A DNA stretch of 64,000 bases from Euprymna scolopes (GCA_053919585.1 CM132827.1); one strand, 5' to 3'. Shown: positions 30,001 through 45,609, counted from the first letter of the stretch. Numbers and translations: made by a program. Notes: a model not told the origin generated them from the sequence alone.

Positions 30001-33000
30001 ACACCGACTTTACCCTGGTCTTTCTAACATCTGTTCTAGCATTAAATACATTTCCATGATTTTACTGGGGAAAGGACACTGTAAACATGACCTTCACACC
30101 GACTTTACCCTGGTCTTTCTAACATCTGTTCTAGCATTAAATACATTTCCATGATTTTACTGGGGAAAGGACACTGTAAACATGACCTTCACACCGACTT
30201 TACCCTTGTCTTTCTAACATCTGTTCTAGCATTAAATACATTTCCATGATTTTACTGGGGAAAGGACACTGTAAACATGACCTTCACACCGACTTTACCC
30301 TGGTCTTTCTAACATCTGTTCTAGCATTAAATACATTTCCATGATTTTACTGGGGAAAGGACACTGTAAACATGACCTTCACACCGACTTTACCCTGGTC
30401 TTTCTAACATCTGTTTTAGCATTAAATTCATTTCCATGTTTTTACTGGGGAAAGGACACTGTAAACATGACCTTCACACCGACTTTACCCTGGTCTTTCT
30501 AACATCTGTTCTAGCATTAAATACATTTCCATGATTTTACTGGGGAAAGGACACTGTAAACATGACCTTCACACCGACTTTACCCTGGTCTTTCTAACAT
30601 CTGTTCTAGCATTAAATACATTTCCATGATTTTACTGGGGAAAGGACACTGTAAACATGACCTTCACACCGACTTTACCCTGGTCTTTCTAACATCTGTT
30701 CTAGCATTAAATACATTTCCATGATTTTACTGGGGAAAGGACGCTGTAAACATGACCTTCACACCGACTTTACCCTGGTCTTTCTAACATCTGTTCTAGC
30801 ATTAAATACATTTCCATGATTTTACTGGGGAAAGGACACTGTAAACATGACCTTCACACCGACTTTACCCTGGTCTTTCTAACATCTGTTCTAGCATTAA
30901 ATACATTTCCATGATTTTACTGGGGAAAGGACACTGTAAACATGACCTTCACACCGACTTTACCCTGGTCTTCCTAACATCTGTTCTAGCATTAAATACA
31001 TTTCCATGATTTTACTGGGGAAAGGACACTGTAAACATGACCTTCACACCGACTTTACCCTGGTCTTTCTAACTTCTGTTCTAGCATTAAATACATTTCC
31101 ATGATTTAACTGGGGAAAGGACACTGTAAACATGACCTTCACACCGACTTTACCTTGGTCTTTCTAACATCTGTTCTAGCATTAAATACATTTCCATGAT
31201 TTTACTGGGGAAAGGACACTGTAAACATGACCTTCACACCGACTTTACCCTGGTCTTTCTAACATCTGTTCTAGCATTAAATACATTTCCATGATTTTAC
31301 TGGGGAAAGGACACTGTAAACATGACCTTCACACCGACTTTACCCTGGTCTTTCTAACATCTGTTCTAGCATTAAATACATTTCCATGATTTTACTGGGG
31401 AAAGGACACTGTAAACATGACCTTCACACCGACTTTACCCTGGTCTTTCTAACATCTGTTCTAGCATTAAATACATTTCCATGATTTTACTGGGGAAAGG
31501 ACGCTGTAAACATGACCTTCACACCGACTTTACCCTGGTCTTTCTAACATCTGTTCTAGCATTAAATACATTTCCATGATTTTACTGGGGAAAGGACGCT
31601 GTAAACATGACCTTCACACCGACTTTACCCTGGTCTTTCTAACATCTGTTCTAGCATTGAATACATTTCCATGATTTTACTGGGGAAAGGACACTGTAAA
31701 CATGACCTTCACACCGACTTTACCCTGGTCTTTCTAACATCTGTTCTAGCATTAAATACATTTCCATGATTTTACTGGGGAAAGGACACTGTAAACATGA
31801 CCTTCACACCGACTTTACCCTGGTCTTTCTAACATCTGTTCTAGCATTAAATACATTTCCATGATTTTACTGGGGAAAGGACACTGTAAACATGACCTTC
31901 ACACCGACTTTACCCTGGTCTTTCTAACATCTGTTCTAGCATTACATACATTTTCATGATTTTACTGGGGAAAGGACACTGTAAACATGACCTTCACACC
32001 GACTTTACCCTGGTCTTTCTAACATCTGTTCTAGCATTAAATACATTTCCATGATTTTACTGGGGAAAGGACACTGTAAACATGACCTTCACACCGACTT
32101 TACCCTGGTCTTTCTAACATCTGTTCTAGCATTAAATACATTTCCATGATTTTACTGGGGAAAGGACACTGTAAACATGACCTTCACACCGACTTTACCC
32201 TGGTCCTTCTAACATCTGTTCTAGCATTAAATACATTTCCATGATTTTACTGGGGAAAGGACGCTGTAAACATGACCTTCATACCGACTTTACCCTGGTC
32301 TTTCTAACATCTGTTCTAGCATTAAATACATTTCCATGATTTTACTGGGGAAAGGACACTGTAAACATGACCTTCACACCGACTTTACCCTGGTCTTTCT
32401 AACATCTGTTCTAGCATTAAATACATTTCCATGATTTTACTGGGGAAAGGACACTGTAAACATGACCTTCACACCGACTTTACCCTGGTCCTTCTAACAT
32501 CTGTTCTTGCATTAAATACATTTCCATGATTTTACTGGGGAAAGGACACTGTAAACATGACCTTCACACCGACTTTACCCTGGTCTTTCTAACATCTGTT
32601 CTAGCATTAAATACATTTCCATGATTTTACTGGGGAAAGGACACTGTAAACATGACCTTCACACCGACTTTACCCTGGTCTTTCTAACATCTGTTCTAGC
32701 ATTAAATACATTTCCATGATTTTACTGGGGAAAAGGACACTGTAAACATGACCTTCACACCGACTTTACCCTGGTCTTTCTAACATCTGTTCTAGCATTA
32801 AATACATTTCCATGATTTTACTGGGGAAAGGACACTGTAAACATGACCTTCACACCGACTTTACCCTGGTCTTTCTAACATCTGTTCTAGCATTAAATAC
32901 ATTTCCATGATTTTACTGGGGAAAGGACACTGTAAACATGACCTACACACCGACTTTACCCTGGTCTTTCTAACATCTGTTCTAGCATTACATACATTTT

Positions 33001-36000
33001 CATGATTTTACTGGGGAAAGGACACTGTAAACATGACCTTCACACCGACTTTACCCTGGTCTTTCTAACATCTGTTCTAGCATTAAATACATTTCCATGA
33101 TTTTACTGGGGAAAGGACACTGTAAACATGACCTTCACACCGACTTTACCCTGGTCTTTCTAACATCTGTTCTAGCATTAAATACATTTCCATGATTTTA
33201 CTGGGGAAAGGACACTGTAAACATGACCTTCACACCGACTTTACCCTGGTCCTTCTCACATCTGTTCTAGCATTAAATACATTTCCATGATTTTACTGGG
33301 GAAAGGACGCTGTAAACATGACCTTCATACCGACTTTAGCCTGGTCTTTCTAACATCTGTTCTAGCATTAAATACATTTCCATGATTTTACTGGGGAAAG
33401 GACACTGTAAACATGACCTTCACACCGACTTTACCCTGGTCTTTCTAACATCTGTTCTAGCATTAAATACATTTCCATGATTTTACTGGGGAAAGGACAC
33501 TGTAAACATGACCTTCACACCGACTTTACCCTGGTCTTTCTAACATCTGTTCTAGCATTAAATACATTTCCATGATTTTACTGGGGAAAGGACACTGTAA
33601 ACATGACCTTCACACCGACTTTACCCTGGTCTTTCTAACATCTGTTCTAGCATTAAATACATTTCCATGATTTTACTGGGGAAAGGACACCGTAAACATG
33701 ACCTTCACACCGACTTTACCCTGGTCTTTCTAACATCTGTTCTAGCATTAAATACATTTCCATAATTTTACTGGGGAAAGGACACTGTAAACATGACCTT
33801 CACACCGACTTTACCCTGGTCTTTCTAACATCTGTTCTAGCATTAAATACATTTCCATGATTTTACTGGGGAAAGGACACTGTAAACATGACCTTCACAC
33901 CGACTTTACCCTGGTCTTTCTAACATCTGTTCTAGCATTAAATACATTTCCATGAGTTTACTGGGGAAAGGACGCTGTAAACATGACCTTCATACCGACT
34001 TTACCCTGGTCTTTCTAACATCTGTTCTAGCATTAAATACATTTCCATGATTTTACTGGGGAAAGGACACTGTAAACATGACCTTCACACCGACTTTACC
34101 CTGGTCTTTCTAACATCTGTTCTAGCATTAAATACATTTCCATGATTTTACTGGGGAAAGGACACTGAAAACATGACCTTCACACCGACTTTACCCTGGT
34201 CTTTCTAACATCTGTTCTAGCATTAAATACATTTCCATGATTTTACTGGGGAAAGGACACTGTAAACATGACCTTCACACCGACTTTACCCTGGTCTTTC
34301 TAACATCTGTTCTAGCATTAAATACATTTCCATGATTTTACTGGGGAAAGGACACTGTAAACATGACCTTCACACCGACTTTACCCTGGTCTTTCTAACA
34401 TCTGTTCTAGCATTACATACATTTTCATGATTTTACTGGGGAAAGGACGCTGTAAACATGACCTTCACACCGACTTTACCCTGGTCTTTCTAACATCTGT
34501 TCTAGCATTAAATACATTTCCATGATTTTACTGGGGAAAGGACACTGTAAACATGACCTTCACACCGACTTTACCCTGGTCTTTCTAACATCTGTTCTAG
34601 CATTAAATACATTTCCATGATTTTACTGGGGAAAGGACGCTGTAAACATGACCTTCATACCGACTTTACCCTGGTCTTTCTAACATCTGTTCTAGCATTA
34701 AATACATTTCCATGATTTTACTGGGGAAAGGACACTGTAAACATGACCTTCACACCGACTTTACCCTGGTCTTTCTAACATCTGTTCTAGCATTAAATAC
34801 ATTTCCATGATTTTACTGGGGAAAGGACACTGTAAACATGACCTTCACACCGACTTTACCCTGGTCTTTCTAACATCTGTTCTAGCATTAAATACATTTC
34901 CATGATTTTACTGGGGAAAGGACACTGTAAACATGACCTTCACACCGACTTTACCCTGGTCTTTCTAACATCTGTTCTAGCATTAAATACATTTCCATGA
35001 TTTTACTGGGGAAAGGACACTGTAAACATGACCTTCACACCGACTTTACCCTGGTCTTTCTAACATCTGTTCTAGCATTAAATACATTTCCATGATTTTA
35101 CTGGGGAAAGGACACTGTAAACATGACCTTCACACCGACTTTACCCTGGTCATTCTAACATCTGTTCTAGCATTAAATACATTTCCATGATTTTACTGGG
35201 AACAGGACACTGTAAACATGACCTTCACACCGACTTTACCCTGGTCTTTCTAACATCTGTTCTAGCATTAAATACATTTCCATGATTTTACTGGGGAAAG
35301 GACACTGTAAACATGACCTTCACACCGACTTTACCCTGGTCTTTCTAACATCTGTTCTAGCATTAAATACATTTCCATGATTTTACTGGGGAAAGGACAC
35401 TGTAAACATGACCTTCACACCGACTTTACCCTGGTCTTTCTAACATCTGTTCTAGCATTAAATACATTTCCATGATTTTACTGGGGAAAGGACACTGTAA
35501 ACATGACCTTCACACCGACTTTACCCTGGTCTTTCTAACATCTGTTCTAGCATTAAATACATTTCCATGATTTTACTGGGGAAAGGACACTGTAAACATG
35601 ACCTTCACACCGACTTTACCCTGGTCTTTCTAACATCTGTTCTAGCATTAAATACATTTCCATGATTTTACTGGGGAAAGGACACTGTAAACATGACCTT
35701 CACACCGACTTTACCCTGGTCTTTCTAACATCTGTTCTAGCATTAAATACATTTCCATGATTTTACTGGGGAAAGGACACTGTAAACATGACCTTCACAC
35801 CGACTTTACCCTGGTCTTTCTAACATCTGTTCTAGCAGTAAATACATTTCCATGATTTTACTGGGGAAAGGACACTGTAAACATGACCTTCACACCGACT
35901 TTACCCTGGTCATTCTAACATCTGTTCTAGCATTAAATACATTTCCATGATTTTACTGGGGAAAGGACACTGTAAACATGACCTTCACACCGACTTTACC

Positions 36001-39000
36001 CTGGTCTTTCTAACATCTGTTCTAGCATTAAATACATTTCCATGATTTTACTGGGGAAAGGACACTGTAAACATGACCTTCACACCGACTTTACCCTGGT
36101 CTTTCTAACATCTGTTCTAGCATTAAATACATTTCCATGATTTTACTGGGGAAAGGACACTGTAAACATGACCTTCACACCGACTTTACCCTGGTCTTTC
36201 TAACATCTGTTCTAGCATTAAATACATTTCCATGATTTTACTGGGGAAAGGACGCTGTAAACATGACCTTCACACCGACTTTACCCTGGTCTTTCTAACA
36301 TCTGTTCTAGCATTAAATACATTTCCATGATTTTACTGGGGAAAGGACACTGTAAACATGACCTTCACACCGACTTTACCCTGGTCTTTCTAACATCTGT
36401 TCTAGCATTAAATACATTTCCATGATTTTACTGGGGAAAGGACACTGTAAACATGACCTTCACACCGACTTTACCCTGGTCTTTCTAACATCTGTTCTAG
36501 CATTAAATACATTTCCATGATTTTACTGGGGAAAGGACACTGTAAACATGACCTTCACACCGACTTTACCCTGGTCTTTCTAACATCTGTTCTAGCATTA
36601 AATACATTTCCATGATTTTACTGGGGAAAGGACACTGTAAACATGACCTTCACACCGACTTTACCCTGGTCTTTCTAACATCTGTTCTAGCATTAAATAC
36701 ATTTCCATGATTTTACTGGGGAAAGGACACTGTAAACATGACCTTCACACCGACTTTACCCTGGTCTTTCTAACATCTGTTCTAGCATTAAATACATTTC
36801 CATGATTTTACTGGGGAAAGGACACTGTAAACATGACCTTCACACCGACTTTACCCTGGTCTTTCTAACATCTGTCCTAGCATTAAATACATTTCCATGA
36901 TTTTACTGGGGAAAGGACACTGTAAACATGACCTTCACACCGACTTTACCCTGGTCTTTCTAACATCTGTTCTAGCATTAAATACATTTCCATGATTTTA
37001 CTGGGGAAAGGACACTGTAAACATGACCTTCACACCGACTTTACCCTGGTCTTTCTAACATCTGTTCCAGCATTAAATACATTTCCATGATTTTACTGGG
37101 GAAAGGACGCTGTAAACATGACCTTCACACCGACTTTACCCTTGTCCTTCTTACATCTGTTCTAGCATTACATACATTTTCATGATTTTACTGGGGAAAG
37201 GACACTGTAAACATGACCTTCACACCGACTTTACCCTGGTCTTTCTAACATCTGTTCTAGCATAAATTACATTTACATGATTTTACTGGGGAAAGGACAC
37301 TGTAAACATGACCTTCACACCGACTTTACCCTGGTCATTCTAACATCTGTTCTAGCATTAAATACATTTCCATGATTTTACTGGGAAAAGGACACTGTAA
37401 ACATGACCTTCACACCGACTTTACCCTGGTCTTTCTAACATCTGTTCTAGCATTAAATACATTTCCATGATTTTACTGGGGAAAGGACACTGTAAACATG
37501 ACCTTCACACCGACTTTACCCTGGTCTTTCTAACATCTGTTCTAGCATTAAATACATTTCCATGATTTTACTGGGGAAAGGACACTGTAAACATGACCTT
37601 CACACCGACTTTACCCTGGTCTTTCTAACATCTGTTCTAGCATTAAATACATTTCCATGATTTTACTGGGGAAAGGACACTGTAAACATGACCTTCACAC
37701 CGACTTTACCCTGGTCATTCTAACATCTGTTCTAGCATTAAATACATTTCCATGATTTTACTGGGAAAAGGACACTGTAAACATGACCTTCACACCGACT
37801 TTACCCTGGTCTTTCTAACATCTGTTCTAGCATTAAATACATTTCCATGATTTTACTGGGGAAAGGACACTGTAAACATGACCTTCACACCGACTTTACC
37901 CTGGTCTTTCTAACATCTGTTCTAGCATTAAATACATTTCCATGATTTTACTGGGGAAAGGACACTGTAAACATGACCTTCACACCGACTTTACCCTGGT
38001 CTTTCTAACATCTGTTCTAGCATTAAATACATTTCCATGATTTTACTGGGGAAAGGACACTGTAAACATGACCTTCACACCGACTTTACCCTGGTCTTTC
38101 TAACATCTGTTCTAGCATTAAATACATTTCCATGATTTTACTGGGGAAAGGACACTGTAAACATGACCTTCACACCGACTTTACCCTGGTCTTTCTAACA
38201 TCTGTTCTAGCATTAAATACATTTCCATGATTTTACTGGGGAAAGGACACTGTAAACATGACCTTCACACCGACTTTACCTTGGTCTGTCTAACATCTGT
38301 TCTAGCATTAAATACATTTCCATGATTTTACTGGGGAAAGGACACTGTAAACATGACCTTCACACCGACTTTACCCTGGTCTTTCTAACATCTGTTCTAG
38401 CATTAAATACATTTCCATGATTTTACTGGGGAAAGGACACTGTAAACATGACCTTCACACCGACTTTACCCTGGTCATTCTAACATCTGTTCTAGCATTA
38501 AATACATTTCCATGATTTTACTGGGAAAAGGACACTGTAAACATGACCTTCACACCGACCTTACCCTGGTCTTTCTAACATCTGTTCTAGCATTAAATAC
38601 ATTTCCATGATTTTACTGGGGAAAGGACACTGTAAACATGACCTTCACACCGACTTTACCCTGGTCTTTCTAACATCTGTTCTAGCATTAAATACATTTC
38701 CATGATTTTACTGGGGAAAGGACACTGTAAACATGACCTTCACACCGACTTTACCCTGGTCTTTCTAACATCTGTTCTAGCATTAAATACATTTCCATGA
38801 TTTTACTGGGGAAAGGACACTGTAAACATGACCTTCACACCGACTTTACCCTGGTCTTTCTAACATCTGTTCTAGCATTAAATACATTTCCATGATTTTA
38901 CTGGGGAAAGGACACTGTAAACATGACCTTCACACCGACTTTACCCTGGTCTTTCTAACATCTGTTCTAGCATTAAATACATTTCCATGATTTTACTGGG

Positions 39001-42000
39001 GAAAGGACACTGTAAACATGACCTTCACACCGACTTTACCCTGGTCTTTCTAACATCTGTCCTAGCATTAAATACATTTCCATGATTTTACTGGGGAAAG
39101 GACACTGTAAACATGACCTTCACACCGACTTTACCCTGGTCTTTCTAACATCTTTTCTAGCATTAAATACATTTCCATGATTTTACTGGGGAAAGGACAC
39201 TGTAAACATGACCTTCACACCGACTTTACCCTGGTCTTTCTAACATCTGTTCCAGCATTAAATACATTTCCATGATTTTACTGGGGAAAGGACGCTGTAA
39301 ACATGACCTTCACACCGACTTTACCCTGGTCCTTCTTACATCTGTTCTAGCATTAAATACATTTTCATGATTTTACTGGGGAAAGGACACTGTAAACATG
39401 ACCTTCACACCGACTTTACCCTGGTCTTTCTAACATCTGTTCTAGCATAAATTACATTTACATGATTTTACTGGGGAAAGGACACTGTAAACATGACCTT
39501 CACACCGACTTTACCCTGGTCTTTCTAACATCTGTTCTAGCATTACATACATTTGCATGATTTTACTGGGGAAAGGACGCTGTAAACATGACCTTCATAC
39601 CGACTTTACCCTGGTCTTTCTAACATCTGTTCTAGCATTAAATACATTTCCATGATTTTACTGGGGAAAGGACACTGTAAACATGACCTTCACACCGACT
39701 TTACCCTGGTCTTTCTAACATCTGTTCTAGCATTAAATACATTTCCATGATTTTACTGGGGAAAGGACACTGTAAACATGACCTTCACACCGACTTTACC
39801 CTGGTCCTTCTAACATCTGTTCTAGCATTAAATACATTTCCATGATTTTACTGGGGAAAGGACACTGTAAACATGACCTTCACACCGACTTTACCCTGGT
39901 CTTTCTAACATCTGTTCTAGCATTAAATACATTTCCATGATTTTACTGGGGAAAGGACACTGTAAACATGACCTTCACACCGACTTTACCCTGGTCTTTC
40001 TAACATCTGTTTTAGCATTAAATACATTTCCATGATTTTACTGGGGAAAGGACACTGTAAACATGACCTTCACACCGACTTTACCCTGGTCTTTCTAACA
40101 TCTTTTCTAGCATTAAATACATTTCCATGATTTTACTGGGGAAAGGACACTGTAAACATGACCTTCACACCGACTTTACCCTGGTCTTTCTAACATCTGT
40201 TCTAGCATTAAATACATTTCCATGATTTTACTGGGGAAAGGACACTGTAAACATGACCTTCACACCGACTTTACCTTGGTCTGTCTAACATCTGTTCTAG
40301 CATTAAATACATTTCCATGATTTTACTGGGGAAAGGACACTGTAAACATGACCTTCACACCGACTTTACCCTGGTCTTTCTAACATCTGTTCTAGCATTA
40401 AATACATTTCCATGATTTTACTGGGGAAAGGACACTGTAAACATGACCTTCACACCGACTTTACCCTGGTCATTCTAACATCTGTTCTAGCATTAAATAC
40501 ATTTCCATGATTTTACTGGGAAAAGGACACTGTAAACATGACCTTCACACCGACCTTACCCTGGTCTTTCTAACATCTGTTCTAGCATTAAATACATTTC
40601 CATGATTTTACTGGGGAAAGGACACTGTAAACATGACCTTCACACCGACTTTACCCTGGTCTTTCTAACATCTGTTCTAGCATTAAATACATTTCCATGA
40701 TTTTACTGGGGAAAGGACACTGTAAACATGACCTTCACACCGACTTTACCCTGGTCCTTCTTACATCTGTTCTAGCATTACATACATTTTCATGATTTTA
40801 CTGGGGAAAGGACACTGTAAACATGACCTTCACACCGACTTTACCCTGGTCTTTCTAACATCTGTTCTAGCATTAAATACATTTCCATGATTTTACTGGG
40901 GAAAGGACACTGTAAACATGACCTTCACACCGACTTTACCCTGGTCTTTCTAACATCTGTTCTAGCATTAAATACATTTCCATGATTTTACTGGGGAAAG
41001 GACACTGTAAACATGACCTTCACACCGACTTTACCCTGGTCTTTCTAACATCTGTTCTAGCATTAAATACATTTCCATGATTTTACTGGGGAAAGGACGC
41101 TGTAAACATGACCTTCATACCGACTTTACCCTGGTCTTTCTAACATCTGTTCTAGCATTAAATACATTTCCATGATTTTACTAGGGAAAGGACACTGTAA
41201 ACATGACCTTCACACCGACTTTACCCTGGTCTTTCTAACATCTGTTCTAGCATTAAATACATTTCCATGATTTTACTGGGGAAAGGACACTGTAAACATG
41301 ACCTTCACACCGACTTTACCCTGGTCATTCTAACATCTGTTCTAGCATTAAATACATTTCCATGATTTTACTGGGGAAAGGACACTGTAAACATGACCTT
41401 CACACCGACTTTACCCTGGTCTTTCTAACATCTGTTCTAGCATTAAATACATTTCCATGATTTTACTGGGGAAAGGACACTGTAAACATGACCTTCACAC
41501 CGACTTTACCCTGGTCTGTCTAACATCTGTTCTAGCATTAAATACATTTCCATGATTTTACTGGGGAAAGGACACTGTAAACATGACCTTCACACCGACT
41601 TTACCCTGGTCTTTCTAACATCTGTTCTAGCATTAAATACATTTCCATGATTTTACTGGGGAAAGGACACTGTAAACATGACCTTCACACCGACTTTACC
41701 CTGGTCTTTCTAACATCTGTTCTAGCATTAAATACATTTCCATGATTTTACTGGGGAAAGGACACTGTAAACATGACCTTCACACCGACTTTACCCTGGT
41801 CATTCTAACATCTGTTCTAGCATTAAATACATTTCCATGATTTTACTGGGGAAAGGACACTGTAAACATGACCTTCACACCGACTTTACCCTGGTCTTTC
41901 TAAAATCTGTTCTAGCATTAAATACATTTCCATGATTTTACTGGGGAAAGGACACTGTAAACATGACCTTCACACCGACTTTACCCTGGTCTTTCTAACA

Positions 42001-44583
42001 TCTGTTCTAGCATTAAATACATTTCCATGATTTTACTGGGGAAAGGACACTGTAAACATGACCTTCACACCGACTTTACCCTGGTCTTTCTAACATCTGT
42101 TCTAGCATTAAATACATTTCCATGATTTTACTGGGGAAAGGACGCTGTAAACATTACCTTCACACCGACTTTACCCTGGTCTTTCTAACATCTGTTCTAG
42201 CATTAAATACATTTCCATGATTTTACTGGGGAAAGGACACTGTAAACATGACCTTCACACCGACTTTACCCTGGTCTTTCTAACATCTGTTCTAGCATTA
42301 AATACATTTCCATGATTTTACTGGGGAAAGGACACTGTAAACATGACCTTCACACCGACTTTACCCTGGTCTTTCTAACATCTGTTCTAGCATTAAATAC
42401 ATTTCCATGATTTTACTGGGGAAAGGACACTGTAAACATGACCTTCACACCGACTTTACCCTGGTCTTTCTAACATCTGTTCTAGCATTAAATACATTTC
42501 CATGATTTTACTGGGGAAAGGACACTAAACATGACCTTCACACCGACTTTACCCTGGTCTTTCTAACATCTGTTCTAGCATTAAATACATTTCCATGATT
42601 TTACTGGGGAAAGGACACTGTAAACATGACCTTCACACCGACTTTACCCTGGTCTTTCTAACATCTGTTCTAGCATTAAATACATTTCCATGATTTTACT
42701 GGGGAAAGGACACTGTAAACATGACCTTCACACCGACTTTACCCTGGTCTTTCTAACATCTGTTCTAGCATTAAATACATTTCCATGATTTTACTGGGGA
42801 AAGGACACTGTAAACATGACCTTCACACCGACTTTACCCTGGTCTTTCTAACATCTGTTCTAGCATTAAATACATTTCCATGATTTTACTGGGGAAAGGA
42901 CACTGTAAACATGACCTTCACACCGACTTTACCCTGGTCTTTCTAACATCTGTTCTAGCATTAAATACATTTCCATGATTTTACTGGGGAAAGGACGCTG
43001 TAAACATGACCTTCACACCGACTTTACCCTGGTCTTTCTAACATCTGTTCTAGCATTAAATACATTTCCATGATTTTACTGGGGAAAGGACACTGTAAAC
43101 ATGACCTTCACACCGACTTTACCCTGGTCTTTCTAACATCTGTTCTAGCATTAAATACATTTCCATGATTTTACTGGGGAAAGGACACTGTAAACATGAC
43201 CTTCACACCGACTTTACCCTGGTCTTTCTAACATCTGTTCTAGCATTAAATACATTTCCATGATTTTACTGGGGAAAGGACACTGTAAACATGACCTTCA
43301 CACCGACTTTACCCTGGTCTTTCTAACATGTGTTCTAGCATTAAATACATTTCCATGATTTTACTGGGGAAAGGACACTGTAAACATGACCTTCACACCG
43401 ACTTTACCCTGGTCTTTCTAACATCTGTGCTAGCATTAAATACATTTCCATGATTTTACTGGGGAAAGGACACTGTAAACATGACCTTCACACCGACTTT
43501 ACCCTGGTCTTTCTAACATCTGTTCTAGCATTAAATACATTTCCATGATTTTACTGGGGAAAGGACACTGTAAACATGACCTTCACACCGACTTTACCCT
43601 GGTCTTTCTAACATCTGTTCTAGCATTAAATACATTTCCATGATTTTACTGGGGAAAGGACACTGTAAACATGACCTTCACACCGACTTTACCCTGGTCT
43701 TTCTAACATCTGTTCTAGCATTAAATACATTTCCATGATTTTACTGGGGAAAGGACACTGTAAACATGATCTTCACACCGACTTTACCCTGGTCTTTCTA
43801 ACATCTGTTCTAGCATTAAATACATTTCCATGATTTTACTGGGGAAAGGACACTGTAAACATGACCTTCACACCGACTTTATCCTGATCTTTCTAACATC
43901 TGTTCTAGCATTAAATACATTTCCATGATTTTACTGGGGAAAGGACACTGTAAACATGACCTTCACACCGACTTTACCCTGGTCTTTCTAACATCTGTTC
44001 TAGCATTAAATACATTTCCATGATTTTACTGGGGAAAGGACACTGTAAACATGACCTTCACACCGACTTTACCCTGGTCTTTCTAACATCTGTTCTAGCA
44101 TTAAATACATTTCCATGATTTTACTGGGGAAAGGACACTGTAAACATGACCTTCACACCGACTTTACCCTGGTCTTTCTAACATCTGTTCTAGCATTAAA
44201 TACATTTCCATGATTTTACTGGGGAAAGGACACTGTAAACATGACCTTCACACCGACTTTACCCTGGTCTTTCTAACATCTGTTCTAGCATTAAATACAT
44301 TTCCATGATTTTACTGGGGAAAGGACACTGTAAACATGACCTTCACACCGACTTTACCCTGGTCTTTCTAACATCTGTTCTAGCATTAAATACATTTCCA
44401 TGATTTTACTGGGGAAAGGACACTGTAAACATGACCTTCACACCGACTTTACCCTGGTCTTTCTAACATCTGTTCTAGCATTAAATACATTTCCATGATT
44501 TTACTGGGGAAAGGACACTGTAAACATGACCTTCACACCGACTTTACCCTGGTCTTTCTAACATCTGTTCTAGCATTAAATAC
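1..44583. repeat. 95-bp tandem satellite DNA array, ~469 copies, truncated by the window start
   Basis: Monomer GACTTTACCCTGGTCTTTCTAACATCTGTTCTAGCATTAAATACATTTCCATGATTTTACTGGGGAAAGGACACTGTAAACATGACCTTCACACC recurs at 1, 96, 191 and onward, head-to-tail, with only sparse substitutions and indels. It ends at ...TAGCATTAAATAC (44583). Confidence 0.99.
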
Positions 44584-44800
44584 GTTCAATTATGGTAATA
44601 AAAAAAAACAATGTACTTTCAAAAGTGCTTAGTAAAAAAATCGAAAATTATAACTAAAATTTATATGAGCATAAACTAATCTACTAGATATTCAGACTAA
44701 AAAATAACTACATTTTTACAAGTTTATTGCTACTGGGTGGGACGCTCTGAATAATGTGCATCGGCACAGAAATACAAGTTAATTAGTGAAGGCTTAGTTA

Positions 44801-44893
<93 letters not shown>
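44801..44893. repeat. (TA)n microsatellite
   Basis: About 46 AT dinucleotides with one GT interruption. This explains the spurious YIYIYI ORF. Confidence 0.99.
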
Positions 44894-44894
<1 letters not shown>

Positions 44895-44923
44895 TAGCAG
44901 TTTGGTCCAACTTTGCTCGGGCC
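44894..44923 (-). mobile_element. Helitron-like 3' terminus abutting (TA)n
   Basis: Minus strand reads GGCCCGAGCAAAGTTGGACC (imperfect GC hairpin), AAACTG, CTAG, then TATATA. Hairpin + CTRR followed by T is the canonical Helitron 3' end. Confidence 0.6.
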
Positions 44924-44999
44924 TCATGTACTGTTCATAACTGTATGTGTATATGTATATATACATTAAAAAGTTTGACTCATGTCAGGTAATGTACAT

Positions 45000-45560
45000 C
45001 TAAAATTTCAAGTGTTTACACCCAAAATTGGCGGAGGAGTTTAGTAGAATCTGCAAAGGTCAACTCTTTGAACTTTGATCTCTTGGCAGCCAACTTTTGC
45101 TTTAAAACTGATTAAAATCTTGCTGCATGTCTGACAAACGTTTAGACAAAAAATTGGCTGAATAGTTTGCTAGAGACCGCAAGGTCAAATCTTTTGAATT
45201 TTGGCCTCTTGGCTACTACATTTTCAGCCAAAAACCGATTTAGAACTTGTCTTATATCTGAATACACTTTATAAAAAATTTCAAATGTTTAAACCAAAAA
45301 TTAGCTGAGTAATTTGGTAGAGACCGCAGAGGTCAATTTTTTTTTAACTTTGACCCCTATTATGACCTCTCAACATTTATTGTTTTAGGGCCAAATCAAA
45401 TTAAAAAGTAAGATCCATGGCCAAGTTACCTACATTTAATATTTCATGTGTACAGACCCAAACTTGGCGGAGGAGTTTGGTAGAATTTTCAAAGGTCAAA
45501 TCGTTGAACTTTGACCCCTTGATATCCGAATTTCTGACCAAAACCGATTAAATACATTTT
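45000..45560. repeat. Degenerate ~130-160-bp tandem repeat, ~4 copies
   Basis: The motif AAAATTGGC..AG..TTT..TAGA....GCAAAGGTCAA....TTGAACTTTGACC recurs near 45021, 45150, 45295 and 45459. Confidence 0.75.
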
Positions 45561-45609
45561 CCCAAGTCTCTATTTCAATATGAAATAATTTTACAACATA
45601 TATGAAATA

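Noticed and set aside
1-44583. CRISPR-like array
   Set aside because: The whole 95-bp unit repeats with no unique spacers, there are no cas genes, and the context is eukaryotic.
1-44583. The minus strand of each monomer parses as a 44-nt GT..AG intron plus a 51-nt exon encoding a repeated KIMEMYLMLEQMLERPG
   Set aside because: Recurrent variants (TCTCACAT, TCTTACAT, CATTCAAT) create in-frame stops and are propagated by duplications. The intron is very short and the donor is mediocre.
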